Of a stretch of DNA of 41,293 bases, positions 8,186 through 16,538 are shown piece by piece (position 1 is the first letter of the stretch; each line of letters begins with the position of its first letter). Source of the DNA: an uncultured Candidatus Saccharibacteria bacterium. GTDB lineage: Bacteria; Patescibacteriota; Minisyncoccia; Phycocordibacterales; DATDWN01. Location: NCBI GenBank assembly GCA_964424295.1, contig CAYRHZ010000002.1, positions 1 to 41,293 on the forward strand. Reading direction: 5' to 3'. The translations under genes were made by a program, and so were the position numbers. Below the pieces are notes generated by a model. That model saw only the letters and a program-made list of their open reading frames with translations. It had not been told where the DNA came from and did no database searches.

Positions 8186-8215
8186 AGGGCGGACTTTTTG
8201 TCGCCCTTTTGTTTT
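8186..8215 (+). terminator. terminator-like hairpin after the second GC-rich ORF
   Basis: agggcgg-ac-ttttt-gtcgccct imperfect stem followed by TTTTGTTTT. Confidence 0.5.
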
Positions 8216-8233
8216 GTATGATATTATATCTTT

Positions 8234-8824
8234 ATGAATCAATTTACTTTCATTATCTTTGGACCTTCGGGTTCAGGGAAGGGTACTCAAGCACATTTAT
8301 TAATTGATCTTTTAAAAAAAATAGATAGCGAAAGAAAGGTAATGTATATTGAAACAGGACAGAGGTTTCGAGAATTTGCTGATAGTGGTTCTTATACTGC
8401 AACTTTGGTGAAGGGGGTTATGAGCACAGGGGCACTTCTTCCAGAATTTTTACCAATATGGATGTGGACAGAAATTCTAGTTCACGATTTTGCAGGTAAC
8501 GAGAATATTATTTTTGAAGGAGTATCTCGACGAGAGCACGAAGCCCCTATACTTGATTCGGCAATGCGATTTTATAAAAGAGAAAATCCTTACGTTATTT
8601 CAATAAATGTTTCAAAAGAATGGGCAACACAAAGACTTAATGCTCGAGGTAGATATGATGATACTCCTGCAGATATTATAGAGAGATTAAATTGGTACGA
8701 TAAAAATGTTGTACCAGCAATAGACTTTTTCAAGAATGATCCATACTATAAAATTCTAGAAATTAATGGAGAGCAGAGTATAGAGGACGTACATAAGGAA
8801 ATTGTACAAAAACTAGGAATCTGA
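8234..8824 (+). CDS. adk: adenylate kinase
   Basis: P-loop FGPSGSGKGTQA. 196 aa. Canonical position between secY and map. Confidence 0.9.
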   Translation: MNQFTFIIFGPSGSGKGTQAHLLIDLLKKIDSERKVMYIETGQRFREFADSGSYTATLVKGVMSTGALLPEFLPIWMWTEILVHDFAGNENIIFEGVSRREHEAPILDSAMRFYKRENPYVISINVSKEWATQRLNARGRYDDTPADIIERLNWYDKNVVPAIDFFKNDPYYKILEINGEQSIEDVHKEIVQKLGI

Positions 8825-8847
8825 TAGGCTGGCCTTTAAACAATAGG

Positions 8848-9615
8848 GTGATTAAAACAAAGAAACCAGAAGAAATAGAGATAATGAAAGAGGGCGGAAA
8901 ACGTCATGCTTTTATCTTGTCAGAATTGGCAAATATGGTGGCTCCAGGCATCTCTACTCAAATACTTGAAGACAAGGCAAGGGTGCTCATAGAAGAGGGC
9001 GGCGACAAGGCTGCGTTCTTAAACTACACACCAAGAGGGGCTAAAAGGCCTTACCCAGCAGCTCTTTGTGTTTCTGTAAACAACGAAATTGTTCACGGTA
9101 TACCAAACGAAAATCCAATGATATTGCAGGAAGGAGATGTTGTTACGCTCGACCTAGGACTTGTTCATGGGGGACTAATAACAGACAGTGCAATAACTGT
9201 GGGTGTGGGAAATGTAAGTGATGAGAATAGAAAACTAATGGAACACTGTAGAGAGGCACTTTATCTAGGAATAAAAGAGGCAAAAGGAGGAAATCATGTA
9301 GGAGATATTGGCTTTGCAATCGAATCTTTTGTAAGGCCTTTGGGATATGGCTTGTCAGAGGGATTGGCAGGCCACGGAGTTGGCTATAAGGTACACGAAG
9401 ATCCATTTGTTCCAAACGAAGGACGCCCTGGTCAAGGGGAAAAACTTATTCCCGGAATGGTTATTGCAATAGAGCCTATGATAACTCTTGGAAGTAGTAA
9501 AATCACATTAGATAAAGACGGATATACATACAAAACAAAAGACGGTTCAAATGCCGCACACTGTGAACACACCATTGTTGTTACAGAAGGCGATCCAATT
9601 ATTCTAACAAGCTAG
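8848..9615 (+). CDS. map: type I methionine aminopeptidase
   Basis: VHGIPN, DVVTLDLG, GHGVG and EPM metal-site motifs. GTG start per the ORF track. Confidence 0.93.
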   Translation: MIKTKKPEEIEIMKEGGKRHAFILSELANMVAPGISTQILEDKARVLIEEGGDKAAFLNYTPRGAKRPYPAALCVSVNNEIVHGIPNENPMILQEGDVVTLDLGLVHGGLITDSAITVGVGNVSDENRKLMEHCREALYLGIKEAKGGNHVGDIGFAIESFVRPLGYGLSEGLAGHGVGYKVHEDPFVPNEGRPGQGEKLIPGMVIAIEPMITLGSSKITLDKDGYTYKTKDGSNAAHCEHTIVVTEGDPIILTS

Positions 9616-9696
9616 AACTTTAGCCTAGCGAACTCTTGGCTTATATTTGTGAAGTTCTTTGGTTGTGGTATTGTATAGAAAATTAACCCAAACAAT

Positions 9697-10299
9697 ATGC
9701 ACCCAAAAAAAGAAAGAACACTAGTCATCATAAAACCGGATGGAATTCAGAGAACTTTAATAGGGGAGATAATAAAAAGATATGAAAGGGTGGGTCTAAA
9801 ATTAGTCGGAATAAAAATGCTTGTTCCAGACGCTCCACTTATTGAAAAACATTACACACTAGATCCAGAATGGAGAAGAATTACTGGTGAAAAAACTATT
9901 GCTAGCTATATTAAAAAGGGTGAAACTCCATGGACGACAGATCCGCTAGAAGTTACGAGAGTTGTTTTGCAAAATTTAATAAAATTTATGACATCAGGTC
10001 CAGTGGTGGCAATGGTTTGGGAAGGTGCGCACGCTGTAGAAATAGGAAGAAAGGTGACTGGAGGAACAGAGCCTAGAACCTCGGATGCCGGAACAATTAG
10101 AGGAGATTATGTCTTAGATTCCTATATGGTTTCAGATCATGACAAAAGAGCTGTTAGAAATCTGGTTCATGCATCAGGTTCACCCAAGGAAGCGGACATG
10201 GAGATTGAACATTGGTTTAGTGCAAATGAACTTACAGATTATAGACTAATTCAAGATCTGATTCTTTATGACGTTAACTTAGATGGTATTCTCGAATAG
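9697..10299 (+). CDS. ndk: nucleoside-diphosphate kinase (long form, 200 aa)
   Basis: ERTLVIIKPDGIQR, the active-site-like NLVHASGS, and an internal insertion relative to 140-150-aa Ndk proteins. Confidence 0.88.
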   Translation: MHPKKERTLVIIKPDGIQRTLIGEIIKRYERVGLKLVGIKMLVPDAPLIEKHYTLDPEWRRITGEKTIASYIKKGETPWTTDPLEVTRVVLQNLIKFMTSGPVVAMVWEGAHAVEIGRKVTGGTEPRTSDAGTIRGDYVLDSYMVSDHDKRAVRNLVHASGSPKEADMEIEHWFSANELTDYRLIQDLILYDVNLDGILE

Positions 10300-10304
10300 G
10301 TTCA

Positions 10305-10778
10305 CTATTGTCTTAAATAGTTTCTAAAATTAAAGTTTTTACCAGCTATTTTATAGCTACTACTTACTGAGCCAGGTCTTCCATTCAATGGTGCGGTATA
10401 TGTAAAAACCACATCGGAAACTTGGAATCTATCATTATTTAGATCTACAGCAACTCCAGTTCCTCGAGATATTGTCATTTTATTTCCAGTCTGTGATATG
10501 ACTAAAGGACTTTGCGCCCCCATGTCCGGTCTAGATATGGTCAGTATTGTTCCTCCACCAGAAACAGAAGCCCCTGTTGCTGAAGTTAATGCCCAGTTTA
10601 TTTTTCTATTCAAGAAAGTCCCTTCCTCTTCTATTTTTGTTGAGTCTATATTTCTTCTACCACCTTCAAGCAAGTTGTATGTTCCAACCACAGCTCCAGA
10701 CATAATAATCCCAAATAGAGCAATGTAAACCATTGTTTCCATCAAAGTAAACCCGGAATTGTTTTTTCGACTTTTCAT
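10305..10778 (-). CDS. prepilin-type N-terminal cleavage/methylation domain protein (pseudopilin)
   Basis: NNSGFTLMETMVYIALFGIIMSG is a class III signal (G|FTLxE plus hydrophobic helix). Confidence 0.85.
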   Translation of the reverse strand: MKSRKNNSGFTLMETMVYIALFGIIMSGAVVGTYNLLEGGRRNIDSTKIEEEGTFLNRKINWALTSATGASVSGGGTILTISRPDMGAQSPLVISQTGNKMTISRGTGVAVDLNNDRFQVSDVVFTYTAPLNGRPGSVSSSYKIAGKNFNFRNYLRQ

Positions 10779-12337
10779 TATGGTGTGGTGTATAAAACTT
10801 GTAATTTATCTGTAGATGCAAGGTTTGAAATGCCATATATCCAATCTCCATCAATATCAAAACCTAACGGTGCGAGGTTGCCAAAATTGAAGGCCTTAAA
10901 TCTCCCGGAGTTTAATGTGGCTGAGTTCCAATTTATATATTTACTATCCCAAATTTGAAATTCTTCTCCAGGTCTGTTGGTTCCTAAATATACATATTCT
11001 CCAGAAACTTTTATTGTAGATACATCAGATGAAACTTCTCCCTGACCTATTATTGGAAGGCTTGTAGCGGAATTTGTTATATTGAAAACATATAATTCAG
11101 GACCTACAGTGTTACTGCTTCTACCCAGATAAAGACTGTTTCCCACAAGAGAAATACTCATGCCGTCTTGAATTCCAGGTAGATCAACTGAGTTTATTTC
11201 CGAAACTGTGTCTCCAGTAACATCAAGTACCGCTAGTTCTCTTAAATTAGAATCTGATGCTATAAATGCTAATCTTTTAATAACATTTCCAACCTTCTGC
11301 TCTCGCACGATTAGATCGTTTACAGTTCTGTTTAGTTCAAAACCGTTTCCAATCTCAGTGGGCAGGGTTGGTGTGCTTATGTCAAAAATGTGAAATTCTG
11401 TTCCCAGAGTTTCTCTAACAGTGATATAAAGTCTTTGCCCGTATATATAAAGTCTATAGCCCTGTGGGTATGATCCAAATTGATCTACGTTTTGTAAAGT
11501 AACTTGTGTTTTTAAATCTGGATTATGAGAGTCTGTGACATCGAAAACTGACAATTGTTTTGTTGTTGTGGCAACAGCTACAAATGCATAGGTTCTTCCA
11601 GTGCTTAGGTCTTGTTCGACGTCAATCGCATTAATTTTTACTGAAAAACCATTTAGTTTTAAGTCGTATGAACCAACGGCAACAGGACTGGTTCCTATCC
11701 CAGTTGGAATATCGTAAACATAAAAGGAGGGGACTGTATTTGTTGTTGCATATATTTTTTTATGTAGGACATCGATACTAGTAAATTGTTTTCCTGGTGT
11801 GTTTGAAAGGGTGCCTACAGAGAGTGGGGAGTTATCTTTCCAGTTTCCGTTTGGTGTATTTAAAATACAGTCACCGCCTCGGTTAATTATTTCTTGTGAG
11901 TTTGTAAGGTTTGTATAAAGAGAGCTTTCTGTTCGGGGGTAGTTATTAACTTGCCAATCAACTTTTGCTTCAACAAATTTTGAACATGAAGAAATGTCAA
12001 TGATATTTGTTTCTACAAAATAACAAAGACCTCCGTCTATACAAGATTGGTCTGCTGGATCGGAAACAACAACAGATGCTACTCTTGGCTTTGAAACTGC
12101 TCCATAGAAGTCCTGTTTAATTAGTGATCTCAAGTCTTCTAATTCCGTTTTTGTTTTGTAGAGACCTTCATTTGATGTTCGACTTACTTGGGTCCAATAC
12201 TGTGCCGCAAAATTTCCTTGTAAGGCACCAGTAAGAACAATAGATATGAGCGCAAAAGCAATCATAAGCTCTAGTGTAGAGAATCCCACTTGTTTCAGTG
12301 CACGACCTGTATTTTTACCAAGCAATTTTTCCTTCAT
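10778..12337 (-). CDS. large pilin-headed protein with probable beta-propeller body (candidate tip adhesin)
   Basis: N-terminal QVGFSTLELMIAFALISIVLTG prepilin motif. It is followed by about 480 aa of repetitive beta-rich segments (YAFVAV, LYITVRE, LAFIASD, LYLGRSS, VYLGTNR). Confidence 0.8.
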   Translation of the reverse strand: MKEKLLGKNTGRALKQVGFSTLELMIAFALISIVLTGALQGNFAAQYWTQVSRTSNEGLYKTKTELEDLRSLIKQDFYGAVSKPRVASVVVSDPADQSCIDGGLCYFVETNIIDISSCSKFVEAKVDWQVNNYPRTESSLYTNLTNSQEIINRGGDCILNTPNGNWKDNSPLSVGTLSNTPGKQFTSIDVLHKKIYATTNTVPSFYVYDIPTGIGTSPVAVGSYDLKLNGFSVKINAIDVEQDLSTGRTYAFVAVATTTKQLSVFDVTDSHNPDLKTQVTLQNVDQFGSYPQGYRLYIYGQRLYITVRETLGTEFHIFDISTPTLPTEIGNGFELNRTVNDLIVREQKVGNVIKRLAFIASDSNLRELAVLDVTGDTVSEINSVDLPGIQDGMSISLVGNSLYLGRSSNTVGPELYVFNITNSATSLPIIGQGEVSSDVSTIKVSGEYVYLGTNRPGEEFQIWDSKYINWNSATLNSGRFKAFNFGNLAPLGFDIDGDWIYGISNLASTDKLQVLYTTP

Positions 12338-12782
12338 AATTTATGTTTATCTCAGCTGACATTCCTCTTGTTGTGTCTAGTACAGTAATAGCTCCGTTAT
12401 AGCTTGCATCTCCACTAAGCTGGGAGAATGTTACTTCTGTCGGTGCAAGTGGCGAGAATTCTAAATCATACGAAGAGTTTAGAACTATGTCTTTTGATGT
12501 GTCTCTTGTGGCAAAAGTATTTCCTTCAAAAATAATATATGTTTTACTTCCACCCGGATTAAAAGCAACCCCGTGAATTTTTTGGTTTATATTATTAAAT
12601 GAGTTTGCTCGGGCAGTTTGTAGGGCTGTTCCAATTGTGCTGACTTCAGATCGAAATGCGTCACCTCTAAAACTATTTATCTCAATAAAAGAGGCGACAG
12701 AACCTACAATAGTGACTAATCCTACGGTTATCAGGATTTCTAGTAGCGTGAATCCTCGTTTTTTGATTGTCACATTAGCCAT
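12315..12782 (-). CDS. prepilin-type pseudopilin
   Basis: KKRGFTLLEILITVGLVTIVGS class III signal. Overlaps the downstream gene by 23 nt. Confidence 0.85.
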   Translation of the reverse strand: MANVTIKKRGFTLLEILITVGLVTIVGSVASFIEINSFRGDAFRSEVSTIGTALQTARANSFNNINQKIHGVAFNPGGSKTYIIFEGNTFATRDTSKDIVLNSSYDLEFSPLAPTEVTFSQLSGDASYNGAITVLDTTRGMSAEININYEGKIAW

Positions 12783-13917
12783 TTAAGTTTTGAGTAATGC
12801 TGTAAATAGGAGTGATAATCGATATTGCTATGAAGCCAACTAGTATTCCCATAATTATCATAAGAGCTGGTTCGATTAAACTTGAAAGGTTTTTCGTAAA
12901 GTCATCTACTTGTGATTCATACAGTTCCGAAAGGTATATAAGTGAGTTTGAAAGATTACCGCTTCTTTCTCCAACAGAAATAATCTGTGAAAGTACGTCG
13001 GGGAACAGATGTCTTCTTGTTCCAAGATACAAGGAAATTTTATCCCCGCGATTTATACTAACTGATAATTTTTTAAATTCTTCTCGGTAAACCAAGTTGC
13101 TACTCGTTTTCTCCGCAATAGGTATTGCCTCGCTTACCGTAACGCCCCCCTTAAGCAGTAGTCCTATGGTCCTCGTGGAGTTTGCGAGGTTGTAATCTCT
13201 AATAATATTTCCAATCAGTGGAATTCTTAGTATGAATTTGTCGAAATAGAAGTGAAAGGTTTTACTTTTTTTCAGCACGAACATAAAACCAAGAACCGCT
13301 GAAGCTATAGCGAAGAAAATATATATACCATTATGTCTTATAAACTCACTTAAAAATATTACAATTCTAGTAGAGAGGGGGAGTTTTATGTGTAAGCTTT
13401 GAAAAACGGGCATAATTTTGGGGAATAGATAAATCATCAGGAATCCCGTAATTCCAAAAGTCGCAAGTGTAACAACGATAGGGTATACAAAGGCCCCAAC
13501 AACTTTTTTCTTTAAAACCTCCTTCTTTCGAAGCTCATCTGCCAGGTAGTCTAGGTTTTCTGAAAGTATCCCACTAGATTCACCGAAACTAATTATGTTT
13601 ATGGAAAAATCACTAAACATATTAGGGTACTTTGCTAGACTAGTAGAAAGCTGTTGGCCATTTGATACGTCCAAAATTATTGCATCTAAAATTCTAACGT
13701 AACCTTTTTTACGAGTTTGCTCCTTAATCATGTGTAAACTGTCCAGAACTGGAACTCCCGCCTTGACTAGAAATGAAAGTCTTTTGATAAAAAAAGTCTG
13801 ATCCTTGTTAGACATTTTTCCGAAAGATATTTTTTGCATTTCACTAAAATAACTCTTTCTTTCTTTGATAGGTTTTACTTCGACGTTTTCAATTTTTACA
13901 GTCTTTTTAGCTCTCAT
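12775..13917 (-). CDS. type II secretion / type IV pilus platform protein (GspF/PilC family)
   Basis: 380 aa with two repeats of the GspF-type domain and three TM segments. Overlaps the pseudopilin gene by 8 nt. Confidence 0.88.
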   Translation of the reverse strand: MRAKKTVKIENVEVKPIKERKSYFSEMQKISFGKMSNKDQTFFIKRLSFLVKAGVPVLDSLHMIKEQTRKKGYVRILDAIILDVSNGQQLSTSLAKYPNMFSDFSINIISFGESSGILSENLDYLADELRKKEVLKKKVVGAFVYPIVVTLATFGITGFLMIYLFPKIMPVFQSLHIKLPLSTRIVIFLSEFIRHNGIYIFFAIASAVLGFMFVLKKSKTFHFYFDKFILRIPLIGNIIRDYNLANSTRTIGLLLKGGVTVSEAIPIAEKTSSNLVYREEFKKLSVSINRGDKISLYLGTRRHLFPDVLSQIISVGERSGNLSNSLIYLSELYESQVDDFTKNLSSLIEPALMIIMGILVGFIAISIITPIYSITQNLNG

Positions 13918-13922
13918 ATATT

Positions 13923-15167
13923 TTATTCGTGTACAACTCGCAGGATCTCTTCTAGGGTGGTTTCGCCAGTTAGGGCTTTCATGAAACCATCTTCAAGCAT
14001 AGTTGTCATTCCTCTTTCTACGGCCAGTTTTTTTATTTCACTTGCTGAAGATTTTTTCAAAATAGCTTCTTTTATTACGTCATCAGCCACTAGAACCTCG
14101 TTTATAGAAAGTCTTCCAACGTAACCACTTTTGCCACATTTTTTACAACCTTTACCTTTGTAGAATTCACTGTCGTCCTTCATAAGTCTTCCAAATGGTG
14201 TTTCTTTCAAACTATCTATTAGTGCCTGTGTCATCTCAACTTTTTCTTTGCAGTTTTTGCATATTTTTCTGACAAGTCTTTGTCCAATAGCCACACTAAC
14301 AGTAGATGCGACAAGGTACTCTTCAATTCCCATATCTAAAAGACGGGGGAGAGTCGTGGCTGCATCGTTTGTATGTAGTGTTGAAAGTAGCAAGTGTCCA
14401 GTAAGGGCAGTATTCACTGCAATAGATGCTGTTTCAGCGTCACGAATTTCTCCAACCATAATAATGTTTGGATCTTGTCGAAGGATACTTCTTAGTCCAT
14501 TTGCAAAAGTTAGTCCCGATTTTGCATTTACTTGGATTTGTTCAATTTCATCTACAGCGTATTCAATAGGGTCTTCAATAGTCACGATTGAAACCTCCGG
14601 AGAATTTAACATCTTTATAAGAGTATAAAGAGTTGTGGTTTTTCCAGATCCAGTAGGTCCTGTAGAAAGGATCATTCCATTAGGTTTCTTCATTGCCTGT
14701 ACAATTTTCTTTACATCGCTTTGGCTAAAACCAAGAGATTCTAAGCTGAAAACTTCTGCTTTGTCAGAGAGAAGTCGCATAACAGCATTTTCTCCGTGGT
14801 ATGTTGGCACGATAGATACGCGAAGGTCTACAAATTCACCAGTTTCTTTCCCGTTTTCATGAAAGCTATATCTGAAACGACCATCCTGTGTTGCCTGGTG
14901 TTCGTCTGTGCGAAGTTTGGAAAGGACTTTTATTCTAGAGATTATCTCGTTATGTATGATTTTTGGGAAATCATGCGCTTCTTGTAGAACGCCGTCTATT
15001 CGAAATCTTACCCTTACGTTATCTACCCCTGGGTCAATATGGATGTCAGAAACCCTTGAATTATAGGCATTTTCCACTAAACAGTCGACAAGGTTTATGA
15101 TAGATATGTCTCTACCTTTTATTAAATCTGTCTCCAATATGTCCAGTTTTTCCTTAGTTGTAGTCAT
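13923..15167 (-). CDS. GspE/PilB-family assembly ATPase, short form without the N-terminal domain
   Basis: Walker A GPTGSGKTTT, Asp box, His box (LLLSTLHTNDA) and a tetracysteine CKNC...CKKC. Confidence 0.9.
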   Translation of the reverse strand: MTTTKEKLDILETDLIKGRDISIINLVDCLVENAYNSRVSDIHIDPGVDNVRVRFRIDGVLQEAHDFPKIIHNEIISRIKVLSKLRTDEHQATQDGRFRYSFHENGKETGEFVDLRVSIVPTYHGENAVMRLLSDKAEVFSLESLGFSQSDVKKIVQAMKKPNGMILSTGPTGSGKTTTLYTLIKMLNSPEVSIVTIEDPIEYAVDEIEQIQVNAKSGLTFANGLRSILRQDPNIIMVGEIRDAETASIAVNTALTGHLLLSTLHTNDAATTLPRLLDMGIEEYLVASTVSVAIGQRLVRKICKNCKEKVEMTQALIDSLKETPFGRLMKDDSEFYKGKGCKKCGKSGYVGRLSINEVLVADDVIKEAILKKSSASEIKKLAVERGMTTMLEDGFMKALTGETTLEEILRVVHE

Positions 15168-15252
15168 TTTAGGAGTTTCCTGCTTCTTCGGCTTTGGCAG
15201 AACTCTACTCCTAAGGTGTGCGTTTTACAACTTGAATTATCTTAAAAATGTG

Positions 15253-16413
15253 TTAATTTTTTGTGGCCTTTTTTACTGCATTTGCCACTGCTTTCGCTAC
15301 TCTTTTATCAAAAGGACTCGGAATAATATAACTAGGGGACAGTTCTTTTTTTGAAATTAGATTTGCTATTGCCCCAGCTGATGCAAGTTTCATTTCCGTT
15401 GTTATTTGCTTTGCGCCAGAATCTAGGACACCTCTAAATATTCCAGGAAAAACTAATACATTGTTTATTTGGTTAGGGTAGTCACTTCTACCAGTTCCAA
15501 AAACTTTTATTTTAGTTTTTTTAGCTTTTTCCATACTTATTTCTGGATTTGGGTTAGCCATTGCCAAGACTATTGGATCTTCTGCCATTTTTTTTACCCA
15601 TTCTGGTTTTAGAGCATCAGCTACGGACACACCGATAAAAACATCTGCAAGAGCTAGTGCCTCTTGTAGTCCACCTGTTTCATTTTTGCCATTTGTTTTT
15701 TCAGCAATCGCTTTCTTATATTTGTTTAAGTCTGTTCTATTTTTGTGCAGAGCGCTTTTACTATCCAGCATTATTATATTTTTTCCTGTTACTCCGTAAC
15801 TCATTAGGAGGTTAGCTATGGCTATAGCTGCAGAACCAGCACCGTTTATTACAACTTTAACCTTTGCTTTGTCCTTTTTTACAACCTTAAGGGCATTAAT
15901 TAGTGCTGAAAGTACCACAATAGCAGTACCATGCTGGTCGTCATGCATTACAGGGATATCCAACTCTTTTTTTAGTCTTTCCTCAATCTCAAAACATTTT
16001 GGTGCAGAAATGTCTTCTAAGTTTATTCCACCAAAACCAACAGATATTATTTTTATTGTTTTAATGATTTCTTCTGTATTTTGTGTGTCCAAACAAATAG
16101 GGTAGGCATCTACCCCAGCAAACTCTTTAAAAAGTATTGCCTTACCTTCCATCACTGGAAGTGCTCCATACGGACCAATATTGCCTAGTCCCAAGACGCT
16201 TGAGCCATCGGAAATGACAGCAACAGAGTTTGATTTTAGAGTGAGTCTGTTCGCCAGACTTTTGTCTTTTGATAAAACTCTAGAAACCTCTGCTATACCT
16301 GGCGTGTAGGCTACAGACAAGTCATTCTTATTTTTTATGGGTATTTTAGAATAAACCCCTAGTTTCCCCTTAAGTTTTCTATGTTTAGCCAGTGAAAGTT
16401 TATAATAGTCCAT
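15253..16413 (-). CDS. NAD(P)-dependent malic enzyme (short, 386 aa)
   Basis: LSVAYTPGIAEV, FGGINLEDISAPKCFEIE and VINGAGSAAIAI (Rossmann GxGxxA) are typical of malic enzymes. Confidence 0.88.
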   Translation of the reverse strand: MDYYKLSLAKHRKLKGKLGVYSKIPIKNKNDLSVAYTPGIAEVSRVLSKDKSLANRLTLKSNSVAVISDGSSVLGLGNIGPYGALPVMEGKAILFKEFAGVDAYPICLDTQNTEEIIKTIKIISVGFGGINLEDISAPKCFEIEERLKKELDIPVMHDDQHGTAIVVLSALINALKVVKKDKAKVKVVINGAGSAAIAIANLLMSYGVTGKNIIMLDSKSALHKNRTDLNKYKKAIAEKTNGKNETGGLQEALALADVFIGVSVADALKPEWVKKMAEDPIVLAMANPNPEISMEKAKKTKIKVFGTGRSDYPNQINNVLVFPGIFRGVLDSGAKQITTEMKLASAGAIANLISKKELSPSYIIPSPFDKRVAKAVANAVKKATKN

Positions 16414-16538
16414 ATTTAAAAAAGTAAGTATCTATTGTACTACAATCCTAAAATATTAGTATTGTCTTATTTTACATAAAAACATACAATTAAGTGGTAA
16501 TTTAAATTAATAATAAACTAGTCGGATTTTAATAAAAT

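Larger units (their letters stand above)
7715..8218 (+). other. second compositionally foreign promoter-gene-terminator cassette, between secY and adk
   Basis: Line 7861-7920 is 37/60 G+C. Own promoter-like boxes, G-rich SD and terminator. The 7-nt direct repeat TTTTGTA occurs at 7708-7714 and 8212-8218. Confidence 0.55.

Noticed and set aside
7748-8242. 164-aa antisense ORF covering the whole second cassette and running into the adk start.
   Set aside because: There is no promoter or SD on that strand, and it would collide with adk. The plus-strand frame has a receiver-like beta/alpha pattern. It is kept only as a caveat because coding statistics were not computed.
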